DNA of 64,000 nt from Acidobacteriota bacterium (GTDB lineage: Bacteria; Acidobacteriota; Blastocatellia; RBC074). The position numbers were made by a program, and so were the translations under genes. The notes below the pieces were generated by a model, which did not search any database, had not been told where the DNA came from, and saw only the letters and a program-made list of their open reading frames with translations. The stretch covers positions 1,192-65,191 of the forward strand of contig JAJVID010000091.1 in the NCBI GenBank assembly GCA_022072205.1, in the 5' to 3' direction. Each line of letters opens with the position of its first letter. Position 1 is the first letter of the stretch. Shown piece by piece: positions 18,743-29,135 of this stretch.

Positions 18743-20095
18743 CTAAGAAGATCGAGTCAAAGCGCCGGGAAATTTCCCGACATTGGTTTCATTCATCAAC
18801 CGGCGCATTAGCCAGATGAGGAGCGCCACGCTCAAAGTCGGAATCAAGCTGAGCAATCCGGCGGCGAATGAGACTGGCACATCCGGCTGAATGCCTGATG
18901 CGCCGGAAAGGGAACCAGGGGCGGTGGAGAAAGAGAAGATAAACGTTTCGAGCGTAATGTTGGGGATCAACAGAAATAAGATTGTGATCGCGCATAGCAG
19001 GGTCTCCAGGCGCGGGAACCGAAGAGCGCGCAGCCTGCTCACAATCAAAGTCAGCGGGAGCGCCGCGATTATCAGGTAATGCGGCCAGGTCAGTGGGCTG
19101 ACAAGCAAACAAGCGCAAACCATTATTCCGTATGAGAGATCGAAGTTGTGGCCTTCGCCGACTTTGGCGGATCCGCCGGACTTTGTCACCGTCAAACACA
19201 CGATGAGCGCCAAACCAGTCAGGAGCAGTGAAGAGATGACGGCCAGGCGCGGAGAGAGGAACATAGCCGGAGCGGTTATTCCAGTTATCTCCGGAGACCC
19301 AGTGCCTGAAAAGACTCGCCAACCGACGCTCCACAACGAGAGGTTCTGCGCGCATGACCGGTAAAACGCCGCAGTGGACGGCCCGATATGGAGATAATAG
19401 TCAATTACGACTCGCCACCCGATGATGGCAGCCGCAGTCAGGTTGATGATCGCAAAAACAGCGAGAGCCGCAGTTACGCTCAACCACCGACGGCGGAAGA
19501 CCAGAAAAAGAGCCAACGGCCAAAAGATCAGTTTGAACGATATGGCCGCGCCCAACAGCGCGCCTCCCTGCCATTGCCTGCCATTGCGCAGATTCAACCA
19601 GGCCCCGGTAATCAGCAACAGCAGGATGGTGTTAATCTGTCCAAGGATTAAACCTTCCCAGATGTGACTCCATCCCAAGGCTGTCCAGGCCGAGAGAATC
19701 ATCACAAGCGGATTGACTGAGCCATTAAGCCACCGGAGTAACAAAAATACGGAAGCCACCAGACAAAGTACCTCGACCAGCAACCAGATTCTGGCGGCTT
19801 GTAGGTAGCTGAAGAAAGTAAGCGGCAGAGAAAAGATCGCCAGCCAGGGCGTGTGCGGCGTGGGGTGTGCAAACACCCACTTGGCATTTGTCTGAAACCG
19901 GTTGTTCAATTCGGGCAGAGGTTGGTAGGGATTCACGTCACTGCGCGCCGCCCTGGCCATCAGATATTCCTGGATAAAATCTTTACGCAAGACGTTATCA
20001 GGCTTGAGCGATCTGAGAGCCAGTCGAAAGCCGCTGAAACCGAAGAGTACGGCAAACAGCAGCAATGGTATTTTTAAACGGCGCAAAAGAATCAT
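18743..20095 (-). CDS. DUF2029 / GT87-like polytopic membrane glycosyltransferase (tandem paralog)
   Basis: RKDFIQEYLMARAARSDVNPY. The preferred start is ATG 20095, overlapping the upstream stop as ATGA. The gene ends 2 nt before the next gene. Confidence 0.6.
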   Translation of the reverse strand: MILLRRLKIPLLLFAVLFGFSGFRLALRSLKPDNVLRKDFIQEYLMARAARSDVNPYQPLPELNNRFQTNAKWVFAHPTPHTPWLAIFSLPLTFFSYLQAARIWLLVEVLCLVASVFLLLRWLNGSVNPLVMILSAWTALGWSHIWEGLILGQINTILLLLITGAWLNLRNGRQWQGGALLGAAISFKLIFWPLALFLVFRRRWLSVTAALAVFAIINLTAAAIIGWRVVIDYYLHIGPSTAAFYRSCAQNLSLWSVGWRVFSGTGSPEITGITAPAMFLSPRLAVISSLLLTGLALIVCLTVTKSGGSAKVGEGHNFDLSYGIMVCACLLVSPLTWPHYLIIAALPLTLIVSRLRALRFPRLETLLCAITILFLLIPNITLETFIFSFSTAPGSLSGASGIQPDVPVSFAAGLLSLIPTLSVALLIWLMRRLMNETNVGKFPGALTRSS

Positions 20096-21903
20096 CGGGT
20101 CTGAATCCTTTTTTGCCTCACGCGATTGATCGTTCGCGCGGCCATCCAAAGCAGCATCACTCCCCAGGCAGTCAATGAGAGCGCCTGCGAAATGCGTTGC
20201 GAAATCTGCCTGACCTCATAGTCGAGCGTCAACCGATGCGCTCCAGCGGGAATGTCAATCAACATCAGCCCGCTGCCCTGCTCGGGCGTGATCGGAATTT
20301 CGCGTCCGTCGAGACGGGCGACCCAGTGCGGATAGTTATAGGCCTCGATTCGCGCGCGCGCAGGCTCTTCACTTTCAATCAGGAATTCGCGTCGAGCTAT
20401 GCCGAGTTTTTGCGAGACGACACGGCCACGCCCTGAGATGAGTAAAATGCCGCCCGGTTCCTGAGTGGGCGGATAAAAATTGAAATCCGATCCGGGAGGA
20501 CGGAAATAGATTTGATTGGCGGAGTTGAAGATGTATCTCAGATCGTCTTTGTCCTGCAGCCTGCGCGCTTCATCAGGCGTAATTCCACGCGCTGTGAGCA
20601 GGTCGGCGACTTGCGCGCGAGTAGTGTTCGATTCATCCAGCCGCGCGAGCATGAACGTGAGCGCCGCGTTGAAGATCACAACCCAGGTCAGAAACGCCGC
20701 AATCCGCATTCGTGATTTGGGATTGAGCGCCGGCCACGCTTCGATGACTGCCGCCGCGAGCAACCCGCATCCGAGCGCCACGAGAGGTTGGAAGCGCCAC
20801 GGAAATTGAATGAATTTCAACCCCGGCAGATAACGCCACAGAGGCCCCGATACCGGCAGTGAAATAAGCAGTCCGAATGCCGCGAGCGCAAGACCGAACC
20901 ACGCGGCGGAACTCAGACGGGCAGGCGTCTTCTGCGGCAAAAGAATTTTTCGGATCATCAGGCCGAGTAGCAAAGCCATCGCTGTTTGCGCGAGCGTGAT
21001 CATGCTGGCGACGTGATTGATGTCGGCCCATGATTGCCGGTACGCGCTGCCGTCGGGCGATTTCGCAAACAGGAAGTAGTTGCGGTAATCCTGTTGAACC
21101 GTTTGGAGGCGGATTTGCGTCCACCCGGATTCGACCCACTGCGGCCACAGAAAAAACGCCGTGAGCGCAAGCGTGATCACGCCCGCCCCGGCCAGGCGCG
21201 CCAGACCGCGCCAGCCGAAATTCGGCAGATAGATCAGCGCCATCAGACAAATGGCCACCGCGCAGAGATAAGTCGTGATCGCGTGGGTAAGGATGAGCGC
21301 GCTGAAGCTCACCGCGAAAATTGCAACGCTTCGCGCGCGCCTGTCTCCGCCGAGCAGTAAATGAGCGCCGAGCAGCGAAAATGGAAGCAGGCTCAGGCCC
21401 GCAGCGTTGGCCATAAACGCCCGGTGCAGCGCGATCAACGGATAGGCGGGCAGCAGAACGTAGATCGAGGAACAGATCAGACTCTGACGGTGATTGAAAA
21501 ACTGTCTGGCGAAAATGTATGAAGCGGCTTGCGCGATTATCAGAATGAGCAGGGAAAGAATTTTGAGAGAAGCGAGAGCGTCAATCCCAAGCAACTTCAT
21601 AAGCGCCGCGCTTAGCAGGTAACTGAGCGGCGGATAGAAAGTGAAGATAGCGTCGCCGCGTCCCCCGTCCAACAGGCCGGCCCATCTGGGGAAGACCTCG
21701 CCTTCGGAAAAACTGCGCTCGAAGGATCGCGTGATGTGGTAATGGAGCGGCAAATCGCCCTGAACGCCGAAGGCCGGATGCGTTATCCTAGCGAAGGTCA
21801 GCAGCGCGCCTACAAAGATCCAGACCGCGAAAAGCAGGATCGCTTGTTTAAGCGGCGGCAGCTTCGAGCTTGAAGATCCGCCATTTGATTCCGTGTGATT
21901 CAT
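20092..21903 (-). CDS. large polytopic membrane protein, GT-C/ArnT-like putative glycosyltransferase
   Basis: GDLPLHYHITRSFERSFSEGEVFPRWAGLLDGGRGDAIFTFYPPLSYLL is the first-loop motif of PTPS-related/ArnT-like membrane proteins. There are about 12 TM helices and a C-terminal soluble domain. Confidence 0.55.
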   Translation of the reverse strand: MNHTESNGGSSSSKLPPLKQAILLFAVWIFVGALLTFARITHPAFGVQGDLPLHYHITRSFERSFSEGEVFPRWAGLLDGGRGDAIFTFYPPLSYLLSAALMKLLGIDALASLKILSLLILIIAQAASYIFARQFFNHRQSLICSSIYVLLPAYPLIALHRAFMANAAGLSLLPFSLLGAHLLLGGDRRARSVAIFAVSFSALILTHAITTYLCAVAICLMALIYLPNFGWRGLARLAGAGVITLALTAFFLWPQWVESGWTQIRLQTVQQDYRNYFLFAKSPDGSAYRQSWADINHVASMITLAQTAMALLLGLMIRKILLPQKTPARLSSAAWFGLALAAFGLLISLPVSGPLWRYLPGLKFIQFPWRFQPLVALGCGLLAAAVIEAWPALNPKSRMRIAAFLTWVVIFNAALTFMLARLDESNTTRAQVADLLTARGITPDEARRLQDKDDLRYIFNSANQIYFRPPGSDFNFYPPTQEPGGILLISGRGRVVSQKLGIARREFLIESEEPARARIEAYNYPHWVARLDGREIPITPEQGSGLMLIDIPAGAHRLTLDYEVRQISQRISQALSLTAWGVMLLWMAARTINRVRQKRIQTR

Positions 21904-22059
21904 TTGCCCAGAGGTCTATGCGCGTGATCGTATTCGGGGGCGAGATAATGTCACAGATCGAAATCGAAGGCCAAATTGATGTAAGCCCTTGCCCATAAAA
22001 AGCGATGGGAAAAGTGGGAGGGGCTATTTCGCCGATTCTTTCGCGGAACGAATTTCCCC

Positions 22060-22088
22060 TTGATCAATCCAGGGTTTGTGGCTAGAAT
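22060..22088 (+). promoter_or_regulatory. candidate sigma70-type promoter far upstream of flp
   Basis: TTGATC (22060-22065), a 17-nt spacer, then TAGAAT (22083-22088). It would give a leader of roughly 360 nt. Confidence 0.3.
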
Positions 22089-22456
22089 GCGCCCGCATTT
22101 TGTTCCTTATTGTTGATCAAGCTGACACGTAAGGTGGCGGCGCCAAACGGTCGTAGGCGTCAACAATTCCGTCCCCCCGAAAAAACATACAAAATCCAAT
22201 GCTGCTGAAGCGCCTGTCAGGGGAGGTGGCATCTTCAAGGTAAGATTTGGATGTATTTGTCCCTTACCCGCGAGATGTTTTGTTGTTGACCGTATGTCAG
22301 ATCATCAATGAAGGGCAGGAGGTAAATTACAACCATCTTCACCCTAGAAGTTGCCGGATGCCTTAGCGGATCGGCCTGAATCAACCCCCTGGGTTATATC
22401 CACGCAACCGCGCAACTTGAGTTAAACAATAACCAGGCAAAAAATAGGAGGAAACC

Positions 22457-22633
<177 letters not shown>

Positions 22634-23006
22634 GTCAAACACGATCAAAGTAGACCCTGGGCAAGACCCTGTACCGCCCGTGGTCGCCAACTCGCCTTCA
22701 ATTTCGGAAGGCCTGCGATTACCTATAAATTATAGATTCGATTCAGCCGCCGGAAATTGCCCCACAGCGCTCATTGAGTTCGCTGTCGAGCGGCTGGACA
22801 TTGTTGAATAGGTTGTAACCCCAGATAGACGCACCTCACCGAGTGGCATTCCGTGATCCAATGGCTGCGCCTTTTGGCCAAGCCATTCGGCTACGTCTTT
22901 TCGGCTAGTATTTGAACTTGCCCGTATTTGAATTTGTTTGACTGTTTAGCACCAGCGTGGAATGCCCCACATCGTCACGCTCACTCATCGTAATTCAATA
23001 GCTCTA

Positions 23007-23066
23007 GGATCATCGTTAAATTTGGTGTCCGATGATCCTATGGCTGTGTTTTCCAGCAGCCATAGG
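23007..23066 (+). terminator. two adjacent perfect hairpins between flp and cpaA (possible partial terminator/attenuator)
   Basis: GGATCATCG/CGATGATCC (9 bp, 23007-23038) and CCTATGGCTG/CAGCCATAGG (10 bp, 23037-23066), followed by TTGTT. Confidence 0.4.
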
Positions 23067-23098
23067 TTGTTGGGCAGAATCTGGCAGGAGAGAGAGTT

Positions 23099-23647
23099 TT
23101 GCAGAATGAAGTCTCCGCAGGTTTGCTCACCGCGTTCGTCATCGCAGTTTCGATTTTTGACATCCGCGAACGCCGCATTCCCAACCTTCTTGTCTTTCCC
23201 GCTGCGCTGATTGGTTTGACGCTCAATTCGATTTTGCATGGCTGGGTAGGACTAGGCTCTGGATTGAAGGGCCTGGTTGTCGGGTTTGCGTTGCTCTTTA
23301 TCCCCTACCTGGTCGGAGGGATGAAGGCGGGTGACGTGAAATTCCTGGCGGCGATAGGAACTTTCACCGGCGCGACTGACGTTGTCAGGGCGCTGCTTGC
23401 TACTCTGCTTTTTTACCCGCTGCTTGCGGCCCTCGCTGTGAGCAGGGAGAGAAAGCTCAAACTCACCTGGTTGAGGTTTCGGCGGGTTCTATTCAATTTT
23501 CTGGGCTTCTTTATCCCCGGATTGCGCCTCCACGCAATCCGGCTTGACGGACAGGATGACAAGAGCATCCCTTCGGCGACGACGCCTTTCGGCGTCGCGA
23601 TTGCCGCCGGAGCATTGATCGCGATTTACACGAACTTCTTGCGTTGA
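23099..23647 (+). CDS. cpaA: A24 family prepilin peptidase CpaA/TadV
   Basis: Multi-TM protein with two catalytic Asp contexts, [11 protein letters not shown] and [18 protein letters not shown] start. Confidence 0.85.
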   Translation: MQNEVSAGLLTAFVIAVSIFDIRERRIPNLLVFPAALIGLTLNSILHGWVGLGSGLKGLVVGFALLFIPYLVGGMKAGDVKFLAAIGTFTGATDVVRALLATLLFYPLLAALAVSRERKLKLTWLRFRRVLFNFLGFFIPGLRLHAIRLDGQDDKSIPSATTPFGVAIAAGALIAIYTNFLR

Positions 23648-23733
23648 CCGCAACCTTTCGCATTGCTTTCCACCCCCATTGTCTGGAAAAATGACCAGAC
23701 CACATCCTTTGCTTCTCACAGAGAGGTACGCAT

Positions 23734-24255
23734 ATGAGAACGCTTACGAGTTACCCTTATCGGTATCGGCGGAAAATCACGCGGAGAAGCGAGCAGGGAC
23801 AATCATTTCTCGAATTCGCCTTGATCGTGCCGGTTCTGTTTCTTATGCTGCTTGGCGTCACAGTCATCTCACAGGGGTTCAACCTGCAGATGGTTCTGTA
23901 CGGAGCGTCTTACGAAGGCGCGCGGGTCTGGGCGAAGAACCCGGCGGGCGGCGATGGAATCCATTGCATGCTACCCGCTTGCGATCCCAATTTGGGCACA
24001 ACGAACAACTTCGAGAAGTATGTGATTCCCGTTGTGCGGCAGTACATCACAAACAATGGGTTCGAGGGCGCCAAAGTCCGCTTTTTTGCCACAGATCAGC
24101 GCGGATATCAGAACGCCCTGAGCATCATTGGCAATAATCCGCAATGGGTCAGAGTTACTTTGCTCTATCCGTACGAACTACCGCTGGGAAACCTCGCAGT
24201 GAACTTCCAGCAGGTTTGGATCAGCGCGAGTTGTACTCTGAAGCGCGGGAGCTAG
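23734..24255 (+). CDS. TadE-like pseudopilin
   Basis: [23 protein letters not shown] is a TadE N-terminal signature with a G/XXXXEF processing site. Confidence 0.75.
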   Translation: MRTLTSYPYRYRRKITRRSEQGQSFLEFALIVPVLFLMLLGVTVISQGFNLQMVLYGASYEGARVWAKNPAGGDGIHCMLPACDPNLGTTNNFEKYVIPVVRQYITNNGFEGAKVRFFATDQRGYQNALSIIGNNPQWVRVTLLYPYELPLGNLAVNFQQVWISASCTLKRGS

Positions 24256-24284
24256 GGATTCACAACCGTCAGGTCGCAGGAGGT

Positions 24285-24818
24285 ATGATGTACGACAAGA
24301 TCGGCAAAATGGGAAAGGTGGGCGAACAGGGTCAGACAATGGTTGAGTTCGCATTCGTTTTCCCGCTCTTCCTGATTCTGGTTCTCGCCATCATCGAATT
24401 CGGGCGCGCCTGGGCGGCGAAACAGGCTCTGACCATCGCCGCGCGTGAAGGCGCTCGTATCCTGGTTCTGCCATACGGCCCGAAACCGCCCTACACTTAT
24501 GGTTCGGAAGACGAGGTCAAGGCCGCTGCGCTTGACACGGTCAAAGCCTCGATGAACGGATCGGGTGTGGCGGTGACGGCGTCCACTCAAATCAATTTGG
24601 TCAGGATCACGCCGGGCAATGACGGCGTTTTCAACACCGGCGACGATAAGATAGAGCCGTACGATAACGTGAAACGCGGCGAGCGGGTCGGCATTCAGAT
24701 CACCTATCCGTTTGAGACGCCGGTCCCGATACTTCTGAAAATGTTCGATAGTGGCGGCGCGCCGCCAGCGCAGAGCGTCATCAATATGGGGATGACCTGT
24801 TATATGGATCACGAATGA
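24285..24818 (+). CDS. TadE/TadF-like pseudopilin
   Basis: ATG 24285 follows a GCAGGAGG RBS. Contains GEQG/QTMVEFAFVFPLFLILVLAIIEFGR. Confidence 0.75.
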   Translation: MMYDKIGKMGKVGEQGQTMVEFAFVFPLFLILVLAIIEFGRAWAAKQALTIAAREGARILVLPYGPKPPYTYGSEDEVKAAALDTVKASMNGSGVAVTASTQINLVRITPGNDGVFNTGDDKIEPYDNVKRGERVGIQITYPFETPVPILLKMFDSGGAPPAQSVINMGMTCYMDHE

Positions 24819-24898
24819 TATTGCCGGAGAGCTGTCGGAGGAATCCGTAGCCGCAATCTCCGTGCGCCCTGATCAAAACCCACGAAGGAGTTTACGAA

Positions 24899-25810
24899 AT
24901 GAACAGACGCTTCCTGCTGGCTCTTGCCGGCGCGGTCTTTTTCGGATTGCTCGCGATCATGGCGGCGAAGAATTATCTGAACGCCAAGGTCACCAGCGAC
25001 ATCGCCAAGACGGAAACCGCCGTCGTCATTGCGAAGACCGAAATCCCGCGTGGCACTAAAATTGGGCCTGAGCACATCACGGTTGAACGGTATCCGATAA
25101 GACTTCTTCCCGAAGGCGCGATGGTCAAAAAGGATGAAGTGATTGGCCGCGTGGCTTTCCTGGATGTTCCGGCGAAGACGCTGATCCTCGACAAACAGTT
25201 GGCGGGATTGGGGGCGCAACCGGGATTGTCAGGAATCACAGCGCCCGGCATGCGCTCGGTTTCGGTTCGCGTTGACGAGGCGAGCGGCGTGGCCGGTTTC
25301 GTCGCCCCGGAAACTTACGTTGACGTGATCGCGATTATGCAGCCGCAACTCGACGGCGCTAAGGCCGTCTCGAAAGTCATCTTGCAGAAAGTCAAAGTCC
25401 TTGCGGGCGGCCAGAAGATGGAAACCAAGAGCGACGGCAAGGCGGCTCTGGTCAACACCGTGACTCTGGAAGTCACGCCCGCGCAGGCTGAGAAATTGAA
25501 GCTCGCCGAGGCCGAAGGCCGGCTGCAACTTTCGATCCGCAACGGAATTGACCAAATTATCGAAAAGACTCCGGGCGCGACAAAGCGTGACGTGATCAAC
25601 GACATAGCGCTGGAAAATCGTGCGCGCGAGGGCACACGCGACGGAATGGGCGGCCCGGCCAGAGCGGGGCAGGCTCCCCCGCCGATCACCTTCAATGTAA
25701 ATCCCAATCAACCGGCGTCAACCCCGCCGACGGTGAGGATCATCTCGCGCGAGAAATCAATCGAACTGATCGAAGGCTCCAAGCGCACCCGCGTCGAAAT
25801 GGTGCCTTGA
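24899..25810 (+). CDS. cpaB: Flp pilus assembly protein CpaB/RcpC
   Basis: N-terminal TM anchor, a SAF-like domain ([12 protein letters not shown]) and an RcpC-like beta domain. Its position between the pseudopilins and the secretin fits. Confidence 0.8.
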   Translation: MNRRFLLALAGAVFFGLLAIMAAKNYLNAKVTSDIAKTETAVVIAKTEIPRGTKIGPEHITVERYPIRLLPEGAMVKKDEVIGRVAFLDVPAKTLILDKQLAGLGAQPGLSGITAPGMRSVSVRVDEASGVAGFVAPETYVDVIAIMQPQLDGAKAVSKVILQKVKVLAGGQKMETKSDGKAALVNTVTLEVTPAQAEKLKLAEAEGRLQLSIRNGIDQIIEKTPGATKRDVINDIALENRAREGTRDGMGGPARAGQAPPPITFNVNPNQPASTPPTVRIISREKSIELIEGSKRTRVEMVP

Positions 25811-25964
25811 AGTTGTGAGCTTGTGAGACCGGAGCCGCTGGCGCTTCGGTCTTTCGCTCATTGGAATGTCGTATTTCCTGTCCCCCCGCAGGCGGCCCCC
25901 AGGCTAGTGGATACCTGACAAGCCCATTGCAAATTTTGATACAGCCGAATTTTCAGGAGACTTT

Positions 25965-27638
25965 ATGAACACTCAACTCCACCGAATCCGCCCAGCCCTG
26001 CGATGCTTCTCTTTGCTGGTCGTGGCGCTCGCGGCCAGTTTGTGCGCGATGGCGCAGGAGCGGGCGACCCTGCAAGCTTCGTTCACCAATAACGCCGAGC
26101 CGATCAAGATTGACGTTCAGGTCGGCCAGTCGCGCGTCATTGATTTCGATCAGGAGGTAGACCGCGTCGCGAGTTCCGATCCGAAGGTCGTCGAAACGGT
26201 GCCGATCTCGTTCAAGCAGGTGCTGATCAACGGCCTGCAATTCGGCCAGGTCAACCTGGTCGCGTGGTCGAAGCCGAAAATCAAAGGCGAGGCGTCGCGG
26301 ATGCTGGTCTTCGACATTTACGTTCAGGTCAATCTTTCGCTGATTGACAACCAGATCAAGATTCTCTTCCCGAAAGAGAATATTCAGCTCTCGCAGGCGA
26401 ACAATTCGGTGGTGCTCTCAGGCAGCGTGACCAGACCGGAACTCTCCGAGCAGGCGCAGAAGATCATCGAGGCCGCCGGGTTGAAAGTCACGAACCTGCT
26501 TAAAGCGCCCGTGCTCGATGCGGCGCAGGTGCAGTTGCAGATTCGTGTGGCGGAAGTGAATCGCTCGATTTTGCGTGAACTGGCGACGGCTTATGGCGTG
26601 GGAAATAGCGTTGTGCCAGCTTTCGTAAGCTCCGGTGGCCCGGCACAGACAGGAGGCAGCCTGGATTTAGCCAAAGCAGGCGCTCTGGCCGCTATTGCCG
26701 AAGCGGGGGCAGGGGTCAATCTCTTGCTTGGAAATCCGAATGCGTCCGGCTCTGTTCTGGGCTTTGTTCGCGCGATGCATCAGCGCGGCGCGATCCGTGA
26801 GTTGGCCGAACCGAATCTGATCGCAATGCATGGTCAGAAGGCGAGTTTCCTTGCCGGAGGCGAATTCCCGATTCCGATCGTTCAATCTCTCAGCACCGGA
26901 CAATCGTCAGTGACAATCTTATTCAAGGAATTCGGAGTGAAGCTCAACTTCACGCCCACCATCATTGATGAGAATCACATCCGGCTGGAATTGGAGCCGG
27001 AGGTCTCGACTCCGGATTACACCTTCGGCATACGTTTGCAGGGGTTTGTGATTCCTGGGTTGATCACTCGAAGGGCGAAGACAACACTTGAACTTCGTGA
27101 TGGTCAGAGTTTCGCTCTTGCCGGTTTGATTGATAACCGCGAGCAGGTCAACCTGTCGAAGGTTCCAGTGCTGGGCGATATTCCGGTTTTGGGAGAGCTT
27201 TTCAAGAGCCGTAGTTTCCAGCGCAATGAAACTGAGTTGCTTTTCCTGGCGACGGTGAAAGTGGTTGAGCCGCTCAACCCCGACCAATTGCCGCGCTTGC
27301 CAGGTGTCAGCGAGTTGAAACCCGTAGGTTCCGCGAATCCCGCCGGCGCCGCTCCGTCAAGCTCTGTTGAAGGCCAGTCAGGACATTCTATCCCGCGCAA
27401 GGCCGGCGAACAGACTCCGGAGAGCGAGAACAAGACCAAATTGGAACAGCCGGCCACTGATAAACCCGCTACGGACAACGCCGATAAAGGCCTGACGGAG
27501 AATCTGACTTCGAAGCTGGCGCTTCCATCATCGCCGACCGGCCCAGCCGGACCAAGCGGTTCGGACGCGCGCCCTTCGAAGGCGGAAAACGCGCCGACGC
27601 CAAAGCCCGACGCAAAAGAGCAGAAGAAGCAGCAGTGA
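25965..27638 (+). CDS. cpaC: secretin CpaC/RcpA with long low-complexity C-terminal tail
   Basis: Signal peptide, then the secretin core [25 protein letters not shown]...[13 protein letters not shown]. The last ~115 aa are Pro/Ala/Ser/Lys-rich. Confidence 0.9.
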   Translation: MNTQLHRIRPALRCFSLLVVALAASLCAMAQERATLQASFTNNAEPIKIDVQVGQSRVIDFDQEVDRVASSDPKVVETVPISFKQVLINGLQFGQVNLVAWSKPKIKGEASRMLVFDIYVQVNLSLIDNQIKILFPKENIQLSQANNSVVLSGSVTRPELSEQAQKIIEAAGLKVTNLLKAPVLDAAQVQLQIRVAEVNRSILRELATAYGVGNSVVPAFVSSGGPAQTGGSLDLAKAGALAAIAEAGAGVNLLLGNPNASGSVLGFVRAMHQRGAIRELAEPNLIAMHGQKASFLAGGEFPIPIVQSLSTGQSSVTILFKEFGVKLNFTPTIIDENHIRLELEPEVSTPDYTFGIRLQGFVIPGLITRRAKTTLELRDGQSFALAGLIDNREQVNLSKVPVLGDIPVLGELFKSRSFQRNETELLFLATVKVVEPLNPDQLPRLPGVSELKPVGSANPAGAAPSSSVEGQSGHSIPRKAGEQTPESENKTKLEQPATDKPATDNADKGLTENLTSKLALPSSPTGPAGPSGSDARPSKAENAPTPKPDAKEQKKQQ

Positions 27639-27770
27639 CAAACCCTGATTGCGATCAGTCGTTTCACCGTCGCCTGGCAGCCTCATCTGTTTTTTCGGAC
27701 GGGGCTGTAACTTCGGTAAGCGGCTTCGGAAATGCGCTTCAGAACAAAAGAAGAAATGGAGGTAACAAAA

Positions 27771-29135
27771 ATGAATCGCATCTTCACACGGCCAGGTTCC
27801 ATTCGTAATTTCTACCGCCGTCAGCAGAAAGGCTCGATCATGGTGCTGACGACGTTGTTGATCATGGGCATGATCGGAATGCTGGCGCTGGCGATTGACC
27901 TCGGATTTCTGTTCAGCGCTCGCAATCAGCTTCAGAACGGCATTGACGCCGCGACTCTGGCGGCTGGCGCGGGATTGCGCGTGACCATGGAGGACGATCC
28001 GGCGGCGCCGCAGCAGAAACTCCTTGCGCAGCAACTCGCCATTCAGTACGCAGGTTACAATCAGGTTCGCACCAAATCTGATCCTGACCCGAATGGCAAT
28101 CAGCCAAACGAGAACAATATCCAGTTGGATAAGATCGGAAAGGTAACTGTTGACACATCCGGCGATCTTCCGAGAGCGCAGGTTGACGCTGTTCTGAAGA
28201 CGCCATTGTTATTCGCCGGAATCTTCGGTTTCAACAGCATTGACATGGGCGCGACGGCTAAGGCTTCGCTGCTGCCGGTTGACGGAGGGAACGGGACGAT
28301 AGGCGCTGGAACCGCTATCGGCGGCGGTTGCTGGCGTCCGCTGTTCGTGCCAGACACGTTTTTCGATATAAACAACGTGCCATTGAGAGTCGGCGCCGTC
28401 ATTTCAGGCATCCCTCGCGTACCGAGTCAGGACGGCGATTATTATCGTTCGCGCTTCGCCGCTGGCGCGCGCAACACTTATCCGTTTGTTGACTCCATAA
28501 CGGGCGTTGGTTCTTCTGTCACAAGCCTTCGCGACACTCAATTGAAGGCCGATATCGGAGTGAAGACGATCATGGGCGAGGACATCGTTCTCGATCCCAA
28601 TTATTACTTTATCGCCGATTTCTCGGCGTTGCCGCGCGCGACATTCGATGTCTTGAGCGTTGGCGACCTCGCCAATTTCGGATACTGCGGCAAAATTCGC
28701 GTCGGCGACAACATCCCGGTTTATCCCATAAAAGATTTGGCGAAAAAAGATGAAGTGAGAACAGGGCTTCTCGCGCTGCAATACCGGACGGTCGGAGTTG
28801 ATTCGATTGACGTGACTACCGAGGCGCTTTTCCGCTACGTTACAAGCTCCAGTTATCCGGGCCCGAACACGCACGGCGCGATCATTCCGGTCTTGTTCTA
28901 CAACCCGATCATCTGGAAAGACCCCGGAGCAGTGGACGCGACGACCACGCTCACTGTCACCAACATCGGATTGTTCTTTATGAGGAACGTGAGGCCCACC
29001 GGTGAGCTTGAAGGATATTTTGTCCGCGAGATTATTTCCGGCGGAACTCCGATTGACGCGACGAATATGACGTCCGATAGTGATCCGAGCTTTAAACGAA
29101 GCTGGCTGCCGATGTCGGTTCAGCTACTCAAGTAG
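27771..29135 (+). CDS. TadG-like pilus assembly protein
   Basis: ATG 27771 follows a GGAGG RBS. GSIMVLTTLLIMGMIGMLALAIDLGFLFSARNQLQNGIDAATLAA matches the TadE/G-like N-terminal domain. Confidence 0.7.
   Translation: MNRIFTRPGSIRNFYRRQQKGSIMVLTTLLIMGMIGMLALAIDLGFLFSARNQLQNGIDAATLAAGAGLRVTMEDDPAAPQQKLLAQQLAIQYAGYNQVRTKSDPDPNGNQPNENNIQLDKIGKVTVDTSGDLPRAQVDAVLKTPLLFAGIFGFNSIDMGATAKASLLPVDGGNGTIGAGTAIGGGCWRPLFVPDTFFDINNVPLRVGAVISGIPRVPSQDGDYYRSRFAAGARNTYPFVDSITGVGSSVTSLRDTQLKADIGVKTIMGEDIVLDPNYYFIADFSALPRATFDVLSVGDLANFGYCGKIRVGDNIPVYPIKDLAKKDEVRTGLLALQYRTVGVDSIDVTTEALFRYVTSSSYPGPNTHGAIIPVLFYNPIIWKDPGAVDATTTLTVTNIGLFFMRNVRPTGELEGYFVREIISGGTPIDATNMTSDSDPSFKRSWLPMSVQLLK

Noticed and set aside
22090-22456. 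c-di-GMP or other riboswitch in the flp leader
   Set aside because: I could not find the conserved GEMM-type helices or tetraloop-receptor features. Only weak 5-6 bp hairpins are present, so this is left as an open check rather than a call.
22725-22760. tRNA-like T-loop string GATTCGATTC
   Set aside because: The flanking bases do not form a T-stem, and no acceptor, D or anticodon arms could be built.
22767-22811. Possible second flp/tadE remnant (ALIEFAVERLDIVE-stop; GACATTGTTGAATAG resembles flp GATATCGTTGAATAT)
   Set aside because: There is no start codon, RBS or leader Gly context. The sequence after the stop is not hydrophobic, so the similarity is too short to mean anything.
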